A stretch of DNA of 63,487 nucleotides, counting the filler, from Reclinomonas americana ATCC 50394 (lineage: Eukaryota): assembly GCA_048213135.1 (NCBI GenBank). It is 17 parts of 17 records of this genome, joined end to end, with 100 filler letters (N's around TTAATTAATTAA, not from the genome) between each part and the next. Parts side by side here need not be neighbours in the genome. Positions count along the whole stretch, not along the records: positions 20,500 to 21,536 come from AFZH01023368.1; positions 21,637 to 27,900 come from AFZH01023369.1; positions 28,001 to 43,970 come from AFZH01023370.1; 14 more parts are not named here. The stretch is one strand, 5' to 3'. Below are positions 21,404 through 33,300 of this stretch, in pieces. Each line of letters begins with the position of its first letter. Within the stretch, counting starts at the first letter, position 1. The translations under genes were made by a program, and so were the position numbers. Below the pieces are notes generated by a model. It was not told the origin of the DNA and did no database searches. It was given only the letters and a program-made list of their open reading frames with translations.

Positions 21404-21536
21404 GACACCGCCTCCACCAGGGCCTGGACGGCGGCACGACGGATCTCCGCGCGCGAAGGGCCACGCCAGGAGCGGGTCAGCGCCGCGACGTCCTCTCCGA
21501 GATAGCTTCGCCGGTCGAGCGTGAAGGCGAGCACCG
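21400..21536 (-). CDS. 3' end of an unknown gene translationally coupled to the AAA gene
   Basis: ...VLAFTLDRRSYLGEDVAALTRSWRGPSRAEIRRAAVQALVEAVS*. Stop overlaps the GTG start (GTGA). Confidence 0.55.
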
Positions 21537-21756
21537 NNNNNNNNNNNNNNNNNNNNNNNNNNNNNNNNNNNNNNNNNNNNTTAATTAATTAANNNNNNNN
21601 NNNNNNNNNNNNNNNNNNNNNNNNNNNNNNNNNNNNCCTCCTCTCCTTCTCTCCTCCTCCCTCCTCCCTCCTCCCTCCCCCCCCCCCCCCCTCCCCTCTC
21701 CTTCCCCTTTTCTCCCTTCCCCTCTTCCCCCCTCACCCCTTCCCTTTTTTCCACAG

Positions 21757-23167
21757 GCTCCCCGCCCCAAAAGGTCAACCTCTTCCTCGACACCGGCTCC
21801 GGCCCGATGGCGGTGTCGGCGGTGGGCGTCAAGTCGGTGATTGCGCACTCGCCAATCTTCGACCCGGCGCTGTCGTCCTCTGGCTCCACGGTGCCGTACC
21901 CGTCGTCGACGCCGGCGTGCCAGAATCCGGCCAAGAGCAACGCGAACCTGTGCGGCACGGTGGTGTCGTATGGCACTGGCGGCCTGGAGGGCTACCTGTA
22001 CACGGATCAGGTCAGCGTCGGCTCGCTGCCGTCGGTCACCACCACATTCACGCTGATGACGATGGAGAGTGGTGCGGCGTCCGGTACCGTGGCGCAGCCG
22101 TTCTCGTCGCCGAATGTGGCCGGCATTGTGGGTCTGGCCTTCCCGTCGCTCTCCGGCCTGTACGGCAACACGGAGGTGCTGGATGTGGTCTCCGAGTACA
22201 GCAAGCAGCTGAGTGTGCCGAACCAGTTCGCGCTGTGCCTCAGCGACATGGCGGGCGTGTTCTCGGTCGGACACCCCGATCGCGCCCTGTACGACGCGAC
22301 GACGCTGCGCTGGTCGACGCTGGCCAACAAGCTGGGCACGATTACGCAGCCCACTGGCTACTACACGGTCAACATGGTGTCGTTCCTGGTCGGCGACACG
22401 GAGGTTCCGCCGCCATCTGGCTCCACGGCCGCCGATGTCAACACGTGGTGGAATGGTGGATTCTCGGGCACCATTGTCGACTCAGGCACCTCAGGTGACT
22501 TGCCAACTATGTGTGTTTGTGTGTGCGCGCGTGCATTCTTTAATTCTTCGCAACTAATCTTGGGGGGGCCACAGTGATCCTGATTCCGGAGCAGTTTGTG
22601 CAGCCAATGCTCAACATTCTGCTGCCGATTTGCGCCAACGCCGGCTACCCGGAGTGCAACGACCCGCGCGCTCTGGCCTTCATGCCGTCTCTCAAGTTTG
22701 TGGTGTCGGGCGAGACGACTCACAAGCGCGACGAGGTGGTGCTGGAGGTGCCGCCGTCGGCGTACCTGGTGTGCAGCGGTGGTGCCGGAACGTGCCAGCC
22801 GCTCATCATGCCCACCAACTCGGGCGCGGTGCTCGGCCAGCCGCTCATGCGCCTCTACTACACCATCTTTGATCGCGACAACCAGCGTGTCGGTTTCGCC
22901 ACCAAGACCCAGTCGACCTGCTCAGTGACCAACACCGACGAGTCGCTGGAGCAGTCGCAGAACGGCAACACCAACGGTACCCCGGCGTCGAACAACAACA
23001 ACAACACCGTCAAGCTGGCCATTGTGCTGCCGTTGACGCTGGTGGGCGCGGCCCTGGTTGTCGTCGCCATCACGCTGCTGGTGATTCGCTACCGCCGTCG
23101 CCGTGTTGCCGAGCCGGCCGGAACCCTGCCGCAGGCTCTGCTGGGCGACTCGGAGCGCGAGTTGTAA
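21757..23167 (+). CDS. Pepsin-family (A1) aspartyl protease with C-terminal TM helix, 5' end missing
   Basis: LFLDTGSG and TIVDSGTS catalytic motifs, GIVGLAF, YYTIFDRDNQRVGFA, TM followed by RYRRRR. Intron 22495-22574. Confidence 0.92.
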
Positions 23168-23469
23168 GCACCGTGCAATCTTTCCCATGTGTGTTTTTTG
23201 TTTTTATCCGCAAACCGGTTCCTCTGGCAACGGCAGTTTCTTGTTGGTTTTGACGCCTGCGTGTCTGGTGTGTGTTTTGTGTGACCGCTGCCTCGTGGGG
23301 CGCGTGTGAGACAATGCCGATGAACCGTGAATGTAATTCCGATTGATTGACAGGAGACAAGAACCATTTTTCGTGTGCGCGATGAGTGACGAGGTGCGAC
23401 GAACGGGGGCGGTGTGATCGCTTGAACGTGGCACTGACAATCACGTGCGTTGTGCAGGCTTCATTGGTC

Positions 23470-24737
23470 ATGGCGTTCTCATTTGAGAACGAGGTGTGTG
23501 TGAATGAGCGTGTGTAATGAGCGAACGATTTTGTCGTGTGACACTGCAACGCAGAATGCATCCGAGCCAGTGCAGTTTGGACACCCCGAACCACCCTCCT
23601 CTTCCTCATCCTCCACCGCACCTTTTGCACTCACCACACCATCGGCTGGTGCGTTGCTTCCGCATCACGCCACCGAGGAGCAGCGACAGTATTTGGAAGA
23701 GTGGAGCGAGTTGCATTCACAACATCTCTCTCTCTCATTCTGCGCAGTCGCTCACCATCGCCTGTGCACTCAGAGAGCAAGTGCGACTCAGTCGACAGCT
23801 GATCCTCGACGACGACATTGACTGGGATCCACCGGGTGCGTCCGAATGTGGCTCTGCATTGTGCACAAAGCAAGTTCCTCACTCCTTGTTGCCTTCCGCA
23901 GATCGCCGGCTCCGCTACATTGGCGGTGTCGACATTAGCTTCTCCAAGACCGAGGCCAACCATGCGTGCGCTGGACTGGTGGTGCTCGAGTACCCGTCCT
24001 TGAAGGTTGCGTCCGAGTTGGCGCAGCGGTGTCTTCCGTTGCCACGTGTCGTCCATGACTGTTGCATGCAGGTGGTCGAGGTGATGACGGAGATGGTGAC
24101 GTTGGACCTGCCGTACATCCCGGGCTTCTTGGCGTTCCGCGAGGTGCCGCACCTCGTGCGACTGGTGGAGCGACTGCGCGCGGAGAAGCCAGAGATTTTT
24201 CCGCAAGTGATCATGGTCGACGGGAACGGCATTCTGCATCCGCGTGGCCTCGGCCTGGCGTCGCACCTCGGTGTGCTGACGGGAGTGCCGGCGATTGGGT
24301 GTGCCAAGACATTTCTGTACGTGGATGGTCTCGACGAGCGTGACATCAAATCCAATCCGGAGCTGGAACGACCCGGTGCTTGGGTGCCACTGCGCGGAAA
24401 GTCGGGGCGCATCTGGGGCGCGGTGCGTGTTCCCTCCCTCTCTTCTCCTTTCCTCTCTTCTCGTTCATCAGTGATGAATCGCTTGCAGGCGCTGCGAGGT
24501 ACCGAGGCCGCCACAAATCACATTTACGTCAGCCCAGGTCACCGTTTGAGCATCGAGACGGCGGTGGAGGTGCTCGCTTTCGTCGTCAAGCCTGCTTTCA
24601 ACGCTTCCCACTCATTATTCCCCCTGCAGTTGACGCGACGCGTGTGCAAACACCGCGTACCGGAGCCTGTTCGACAGGCCGACCTGGAGACACGCAAAGC
24701 GCTGCGTGAAGAAACCGGATCATCACCCAGGCGGTGA
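23470..24737 (+). CDS. ENDOV: Endonuclease V, about seven exons
   Basis: YIGGVDISF, LPYIPGFLAFRE, MVDGNGILHPRGLGLASHLG, YVSPGHR, RVPEPVRQAD. Introns 23494-23554, 23710-23773, 23836-23901, 24006-24071, 24423-24488 and 24570-24629. Start tentative. Confidence 0.92.
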
Positions 24738-24778
24738 GCACGTTACATAAACATTAGTTGCCCTACATTCTTCTTGTG

Positions 24779-27700
24779 TCACCTCCTGGCCCCGAATCGT
24801 GTCAGCGGTGGCGGTGGTGTGGCTAGTTGCCGCAGCAACGTCGCTTGCGCCTCGGTGAGACCGGTGCAGCCCTCGATCATGAGCTCCGGGCATCGCAAGT
24901 CGCCAGTGCCCGTGTGCCACAGCAGCGTCGAGCAGTATGCACCACCACGATCCAGCGACGACCGCAATGGCGTTCCACCTGCACCAGCGGGTGCAGGCGA
25001 CGCGGAGGATCGTGGAGTGCTGCTGTCGGGGAACAGATTGAATTGCACTTGTCGCACCGAAAGCACACGCGGGTCGTCCACCGTGTCGTCGTCGCCGGCG
25101 GCGGGAGCACTGGCACCGGCACCGGCGGCCGACAGATCCTCGGCCGACGACGAAAGCCAGGACAGGTCGCGCGACGACCGGTCCGGCTGTGCACTCCACA
25201 GACGCAGCACTGCATCGGCGCCGCCACTCAGGATGCGCTTGGTGTCCGGCGACAGCGCAATCGAGTACACTGGCACCCGCTGATTGATGCGATGAATCAG
25301 CTCGCCCGTCGAGGCAATCCATAGATTGATCATGCCGTCGGTGCCACACGACGCCACGGCCTTGGAGTCCGGCGCCCAGCACACACACGTCACTGGCGAG
25401 GCGTGTGCACGCTCAATCGTGCGCAGACACTCGCCGCGGTCGGCGTTCCAGATGCGCACCGAGCTGTCGAAACCACCCGTCGCAATGCGGCGTGTGCTCG
25501 GCGAAAACGCCACACTCAAAATCGCCGACGAGTGTCCGTGCACGGCACGCACCAACGAGCCAGCCGCCACATTCCACAATCGCAGCACATTGTCACCACT
25601 CCCTGTGCGCACACAAAAATGAGTGAGCGTGACTCGTTGCCAATAATTCGCTGGCGCAGAGATTCGACTAACCCGCAGCGGCAAACTGCCCATCCGCACT
25701 CAGCGCCACGGCGCGGAACCGCTCCGGCCACTCGCCAAACCCACGCAACAACTCGCCCGTGTCCACGTCCCACACGCGCACGCTTCCGTCGAACGAGCAC
25801 GACACAATGAGCGCTCCGTCCGAGGAAAAGGCCACCGAGCGTACCCAGTGTGAATGGCCGCGCAGCACGCTGAGGCAGATGCCGCGCTCCGTGTCCCACA
25901 ATCGCACCGTCTTGTCCTCACTGCCCGACGCAATCACCACTCGGTCGGTGGTGATGGCCACGGCGCGGACGGCTGCCGTGTGGCCGCCGAGAAGCAGGAT
26001 GCACTGCGCCGTTGCCGCATTCCACACACGTACAGTACAGTCCTCCGAACCCGACACGGCGAGCTTGCCATCGGTCGAGAAGGCCACACAGCGAATCCAA
26101 CCCGAGTGCTGATCGCGTGCCTGCTCACCCTCAGGTCTCTCATCGACATCCCACGCACGGGCCGAGCGATCCACCGAGCCCGTCATCACCAGGAAGGCGC
26201 CGGAGATGTCGGCGACAGTTGGACTGCCACACGCAACACCACGCACGGCGGCCGTGTGGCCACGCAACACGCGAATGCACTGACCGCGACACTGGCTCAG
26301 CGGACGAATGTCGTATACTCGCGCGGTGTTGTCGCCACTGCCAGAGACCACGAAGCCGCCGTCGCGAGAGAAGCACGAGGAAAACACGGCGCCCGAGTGA
26401 CCGTCCAAGTCGAACAGCTTCTCCATGGTCACCGCATCGTACACCGCCGTTCGCCTGCAGTCAGCACGCAGGCAGGTGAGGAAACAATGGAAGACTATGC
26501 CATAAGCTTCATATACACACCTGGAATCGCCGGCGGCCAAGATCTTGGATCCATCGTTGGCGACGTGCACTGTGCGCACGGGGCCACCATGACCCACCAA
26601 CACGTGCACACACGCCGCGCTCGCCAAGTTCCACAGCCGCACCGACTCGTCGGCACTGCCAGTGACAAGAAGGGTGCCGTCGGGGGAGAAATCCACCGCC
26701 AGCACCTCATCCTGGTGACCGGCCAGCTCGCTCACTCGATGGCCCGTCTCCACATCAAACACGCGCGCCAGATTGTCGCCGCAGGCCGAGGCCACGAGAC
26801 GCGCGTTGGGACTCAGGGCGACACCGTGCACACACTCCGAGTGCGCCGCAATCGTCCGTACGCACTCACCGGCGACGGTTTTCCACACTCGAATCGTACG
26901 ATCGCGACTCCCCGACACGGCCACCTCACCGTCGGCACTCACGGCAACCGAGGTCACCACGAGTGTGTGGCCGGTCATGGTGGACGCGAGCGAGGCAGCA
27001 GCCGTGTTCCATCGTCGCAGTGAGCCGTCGTGTCCACCGGTCAGCAACCACGCCCCGTCGGCGGACGACGCCACACACGTGATCATGGTCGAATGCTGTC
27101 ATGCAAAAATAAAGGGGGGGAGAGACGAGATGAGCTCGCTGTGAAGCGGAACAAGGTGACGATAGAATGCACCTGCAAGAACGGCTGCTTGCCGAGTTGC
27201 ACGCCCTTCATTTGACACCGCCGGAACCGCACGTTGGCGAGCCAGGCGCCCGTCAGATCCACATTGCACAGATCCGCATCCTCAAAATTGGCCCCGTCCA
27301 ACATGGCCTGCACCGACGCACACGAGAATCAGTCAGCTGGCGGCAAAGCACACACGGGGGACACAGTGGCACGCAACGTTGGACAGGTTGGCGCCAGCGA
27401 TGCGCACACCCCGCATGTCGGACTTGACCAGCGAAACTCGCGCGGCATTGAGCACGGTAATGGCATTGGCGGCCGCCAGAGCCATGTCGGGTTGGTGACG
27501 CGAGGCGTGCACGATGCCGAGAAGGTGCGTCTCGGCCTGCTGTCTCCTTTGCACCATCTTGCCCAGGAAGCGAACAAAATCCGTCTGTGGTGCCACTGAG
27601 GGTCAGCGACAACGGTAAGAAGAGCAAAGTGATGCACACTACCTCGGCGGTAATAAGGCGAGCACATAGTGGGTGACTCCTCAGTGCGGCATCTCCCGCA

Positions 27701-27799
27701 ATGGACCAGTCGTCGAGAGCACCGAGCGCCTCCTCCGCGGCGAAGAACTATACAGATCGTACGCGTGAGAACAAGGACGAGAAGCACAGAATCTGATCT

Positions 27800-27872
<73 letters not shown>

Positions 27873-27900
27873 CCGTACCGTACGTACGTACGTACGTAAC
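24779..27900 (-). CDS. C-terminal half of an NLR-like protein: pentapeptide repeats plus about 14 WD40 repeats
   Basis: AAANAITVLNAARVSL...GVRIAGANLS/AMLDGANFEDADL, GH...W repeats, terminal IEGCTGLTEAQATLLRQL. Introns include 26455-26520, 27096-27172 and 27308-27377. Confidence 0.85.
27801..27869. repeat. (CA)n microsatellite at a contig end
   Basis: Read directly. Similar tracts at 53711-53770 and near 61730. Confidence 0.97.
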
Positions 27901-28000
27901 NNNNNNNNNNNNNNNNNNNNNNNNNNNNNNNNNNNNNNNNNNNNTTAATTAATTAANNNNNNNNNNNNNNNNNNNNNNNNNNNNNNNNNNNNNNNNNNNN

Positions 28001-30225
28001 CACTCACTCACTCACACTCACTCACTCACTCACACACACACACACCTCCCGTAGCGACTTGTCGACAAATCGATACCGATACCCATCACCTCCAGCTCGC
28101 AGTAAACCCTTTGCCCCAAATGCGCAGTGAGGCGCGACAGCATGGGAGGCGAGAAAAAATGATCACATGCGACGCAACAGCATGAACAAGAGTGGTCAGT
28201 GGGTCTCCCGACGAAACCGTCAGCTGGTCAACATCTCTCCTCAGAATAAAGTATTGGTGCATGCTGAGCATGCGCGAGGCCACTGCTCGGTACAGCTCAA
28301 GCAGCAGCGACGAGGTGACGGCACCATCGGTCGCCGTGTCCATTCTCCGCGACTGCAACCGCGCGCCAACAATGAGCAAGGCAGCGATGAAGAGGGAGAC
28401 GAGCACTTGTGTTACGCACCACCGACGTGATTCCGTGCGAGTACCACAACACAAACTCACGGATGACGTCGTTTCGCTCCACCACCTGCCCTGCATCCCG
28501 CGTCATGCATTCCAAACGCGGCAGAGCTCGCACCAGCAGCGAAAGATAAAGAGGCTGCGAGAAAAGCGAGATGAACACGATGTAGCGTGGGCGATTGGGG
28601 TCGAATCGCTCGCTGCTCACCACTTGTGCGAGTTCAGTCAGGCCTGGAATGGAGGCAATAGCATCGCGCAGCTGCCGCCAGTCGACTGAGCGGGAGGCGG
28701 AGCCACTTCGCTTGATGTATCTACACGTGAGAAGGGCATGAGCTTTCCAACTCGCCACAGGGGATATGAGACGGTGGCGCAACTCGCGCAAGAATTCGTC
28801 GACTTGCGTCTCCAAGAACGGCTGCAGGTAGCACTCGCTGACGACCACAGGTTCCGGCACACTGGCTCTCCGGCTCCTCTTGCTGTTTGGCGGAGGAACT
28901 GGAGCATGGAAAAAGGAAGCCAGTGGCCGACCAAGATGCCGTGCGTAGTCCAAGCGACAAGTGACGATCAGCTTGAACTTCCAGTCCTGCATCCGTGTTC
29001 ACCACCTGAGCGATCGAACCAACAGCCATCACGTAGGGAGACACGAACCGCAAAATTCGTTGCATGGAACACCGCCGACGGCAAGCTCTGCAGCTCGTCC
29101 AGCCCATCAATCACCAACACAATGTGGTACTTTTTCTGCAGCCGTGTAATCTGCAGACAAAATACTCGACCGATGAGCGACAGCCCGGTGTGAACTCCAA
29201 CCCGCAAGTCGCACACCTCACTCGAAGTGAATCCCTCGTGCTCCAGGAACTGCTCCATCCACAAGTGCTCCGGTTCCAGCAACACATCGGGGCGCACCAA
29301 CAGTGGCACAGCGTCGCCCTTGCCCCACGTTCTCCACAAATGAGTGACGACGTGCCTCGCAAGCACACTCTTCCCGGAGCCAGCATCGCCCAGCACCAGC
29401 AGCACCTGCAAATGTCGTCAGCGGGGAGACAAAGAGACAACACCACATCGCAACCGGGCACCTTGGAAACCATGTTGGTCGGGCTAAGAAACGCCTGCAC
29501 CAGGTCCATCTGCACACAACCAATGAGTTGTCTCGCAATCAGTGCGCCACTGTGTGATCCCCACGCAACCGCTGGCACCGGAGCCGATGCCACATGTGCC
29601 GAGGCCGTCGCCATGACACTGACATGACACACATCGACCACCGCCGGACCCGTATGCAACGCCTCTTGCAGGTGTCGCTCCTGCAAGTGCTGCAGCTTGA
29701 CATCCAGCGACACTCGCCCTCGCTGGACAGCGCAGCATGAGCACCAGCACTGAGAGCACACACATGCACAAAGATGGACGCAACGTGTGCCGCACTCAAC
29801 ACAGTGCCCTCGGAGGCCTCGGAGAGCTCTGTGACCGCGCGCGTGAGTGGACATGTCGGTTCACTCGCTGCACCACGCCTCTCTCTCGTGTGCGCGCATG
29901 TGTGCGCGTGCGCCTCTCTCCATAACACAACACACTGACAGAGACACGAGCACACACACGAAAGAACCAGACACAGAAAAGAAGCGCAACTGCAGACAAT
30001 GCAACTGTACACACACACACACACAGAGACAAGTAGCCTTCCATCTCTGTCCTTGATGCTCTCACACTGCTGCCGTTGCTCACCATACGCACTCGGATGG
30101 CCACCAATGGCATACGCAGAGCCTCCATTGGTTGTTCCACCTATGAGATGATGCCGCGACGCACCCACTCCACCTACACCACCGCCCACCACAGTCGCCT
30201 TCTCAGACGAACAGCGGCATCCCAT
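28001..30225 (-). CDS. N-terminal half of the same NLR-like protein: MGCRCS acylation motif plus NACHT NTPase
   Basis: VLLVLGDAGSGKS (Walker A), LVIDGLDEL (Walker B), KLIVTCRLDY, LQPFLETQVDEFL and PLYLSLL. Start MGCRCSSEK at 30225 is inferred. Confidence 0.8.
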
Positions 30226-30327
30226 TCCACACAAGCACACACCAACACGCACACACGGGCACACGCGCAGACACAGAGACAGTTGCGCAAATGAGTCACG
30301 ATCACAACAATCGTTTTCGCGCGCGCG

Positions 30328-33300
30328 ATGAGTGGTGGCCACAGTGGTGGCAATGGTCGCCACCTGTCTGCGATGCAGCAAGGCGTGCGCTCACTGCACG
30401 ACTTTGTGGTGTCGTCGACTCGCGATCGCCAACAAGGCGACGAGGTGCTGATTGCCTCCATAAACCTCAGCCACAATCGTCTGAGCAGCATCGATCCTCT
30501 GGTGCGCGTGTGGCCGCGACTGGCCGACTCGCTCACCTCGCTGGTGCTCTCTTCCAATCAGATCGATAGCATGAGTGGTCTGCAGGGGCTGACTGCACTG
30601 AGGGAGCTCAACTTGTCGGGCAATCGAGTTGCGATAACGAGGAGTGGTTGCATCGCTCGCTCGCTTGCTCATTCGTGTGTGTAGATTGTGCACATTGAGT
30701 GTTTGGAGACGCTGTCGTCGTTGCAGACGCTGGTGCTGTCGTTCAATCGTATTCAGAGTCTGGATGGTGTCGAGCAGGCGCCGTCGCTCGTGTCGCTCGA
30801 TCTCAAGCGCAACCTGATTGTCAGTGTCGATGAGCTGCAGCGACTGGAGGCGCTCACAGTTGCGCGCGGTCGTGAAAGGGAGAGAGAGATGGAAAGGCGA
30901 GGGGTGTTGCTCATGTGGTGTCGGTGCAGCGGTTGCGTCGACTGTGGTTGCTCGACAATCGTGTGTGTCGATCGCCCGAGTATTCGACCACGATTCTCGA
31001 GTTTGCCCCGCAGCTGTTGTACCTGGACGATGTGAAACTGGTGGCCGAGGCCACCTCTGGTGTGTTGTTTCCTTGCACTTGCAGTGGTCGCTTCGTCGCT
31101 CACGATGCGGTGCAGAGTCGGGTGCGTCTGGCGTGTTTCCGACCTTGCGCAGCCTCTCGGAACTCGTGCAGTCGCACGACCGGGCTGATCATGAAGACGG
31201 TGGTCGACCACCGGCCGAGCCTCCACCACCGCCACCCGCGACGGCGGCAGCACCACAGCCACCGCCACCTCCTCCGCCGTTGCACAGGTCTGAATTACGC
31301 GCGTGTTTATGTACTTCCGGTCGTCCTCTCATCGCGTTTGTATGGGGGTGCAGACCGGCGTCGGCAGACCTGGACGATGACGACGGCAATGTGGATACGT
31401 CACGCATCGACCAGGCGCTGCGCCATTACCAAGTGCGAGTGCCGCCTGGTGGTGGCGGGGCACGCAAACCAGTTGCGCGTGTGTGGCATCGATGTGTTCG
31501 ATGGCGAGTCGCTCACTGGCATTGTATCGTGACAGCGCTTGCGTCGGAGCACCTCGCCCGGCAAGCCAGCGAGTTGTGTCACCGTCGACAAATATTATTG
31601 TAATACACCGTCGCCACGTTCTCACGCGAGGATGAACACAGGACCAAGTGGCTGGGCAGCGGCACGGGCGCAGGCGATTTTGGCCGCGGGTGAACAAGAG
31701 GCGCTTGGACTGCGGTGCGTCGGTGTTCTCTCGCTTGTACACTGTCATCATTCGCCTGTGCTCACTTGCATTGTTGCAGGTTCGAGGAGGATGGTGAGCA
31801 GGCAGTATTTACAACCGCCTTGGAGAATGTGCACACTGACCTTGCACCACAGGCGGAAGCGCGCCGTCGCGAAAGCCCTCGTCGAGACCATCCAGTTCTG
31901 GTGGCAGTCGACCATCATCTGCAGCGGCATCGGCGGCCGGTCGGGGTGGCAGCAATGGTGGTGGCGAAGGACACCATGCGTGCAAGTCGTGCGGTTGCAC
32001 CTGCAACGGATCCAGTGACTGGCGAGCCGAAGCGGAGCGGTGAATTGTGTGCTGTGCGAACACGTCTCAACTATGGATTGCTCACGGACGAAAATTAGGT
32101 TACGCAAGGCACTGGCCGACGTGCGCAGCGAGATTCACGGAACGGCAGACGAGAAGGACAGCTTAGGCGTGCGACTGCAGCGGTGCGTTTTGAGGAGTGC
32201 TTGTCGAGTGGAGTAGTGTGTATGTATCGCTGACGTTCTACCCTCCTCCGTCTGCAGCACGCAAGGCGAGCTAATGGCCGCCACCGAGGACCTGTCACAA
32301 CGGGAACACGAGCTCGAGGAGGCCGGTAGGCGACGTCGAGAGGCAGAGCGCCGAGTGGCCGAGAGTGTGCAGACTATTGCGCGCCTGCGTGCCAAGCTGG
32401 ATGAGCGCAAGGAGGATATCGCGGCGCTGCATGAGGCTCGCGAGCGCCTGGAGGTGTGATATCCTGTAACTCTCTTTAGCGTGACGCCTCAACTGACTTG
32501 CTGTTGCAGCGCGTCAATCATAAATTGCAGAACGAGGTGGAGCGAGCACAGCAAGAGACGCGCAGTGCCGAGGCCGAGCTGCGGGACACGAGAGTTGCGT
32601 TGCTGCTGGTTGACATGTTGGTATGTGTCCGTCGTCTCACACGCCCGTCAGAGTGACATGGAGCGGCTGGAGGTGCAATTGGAAAAGTACCGAGAGGACT
32701 TGGCGCATGCGACAGCCAACGGGTCGGTCAAGGCCAGCGAATGGCAGGCGCGCTCTATGCAACTAGAGGCTGAGATGGAGGCGCACCGCAAGCTGGAAGT
32801 GCAACTGCGCGAGGAGGTGCGACTGCTGCGCGAATCCGCGCGCCATCAGGAAGAGGAAAATAGGCGTGTGCGGGAAGAACTTTCACAGTTGTGTATGACA
32901 AATCGAGGGAGGGAGAGGGAAGGAGAGGAGAACTCACGTATCGGTGGCAACACAGGCTGCACGGTGCCGAGATGCAGAATTATCTCGCGCGAGAGAACGA
33001 AGCCGTGTTTCGTGCCCGTCGTGCGGCCGAGGAGGAGCTCGCCGAGCGCGATCGCACCACGCAGGCGGCAGTGGCAGCGCTGCAGGACGATTTTGCTCAC
33101 CGACTGAAGAGTGTGTCACCACCAGCAGTGTTGCGATGATGAGTGTCGTTCTCTTACACGTGTCTCTCGTGCAGAACAACAACGCCAGATCAAGGATCTG
33201 CAGCAGGCACTGGAAGAATCGATCCGCAACGAAGCCGAACTGAAAACCGTTCGTAATGCGTCGTCGCCTTCGCTCGAGTCTCTCTGTTTCGGTAACACTG

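Larger units (their letters stand above)
18412..21536. mobile_element. End of a tRNA-Arg-associated integrative element (integrase plus FtsH-like cargo); far boundary not in window
   Basis: Integrase beside a tRNA followed by non-core genes. No second att site is visible. Confidence 0.6.

Noticed and set aside
7991..21637. Horizontal transfer of a bacterial block into the protist genome
   Set aside because: Both boundaries are linkers and no contig contains both bacterial and eukaryotic sequence.
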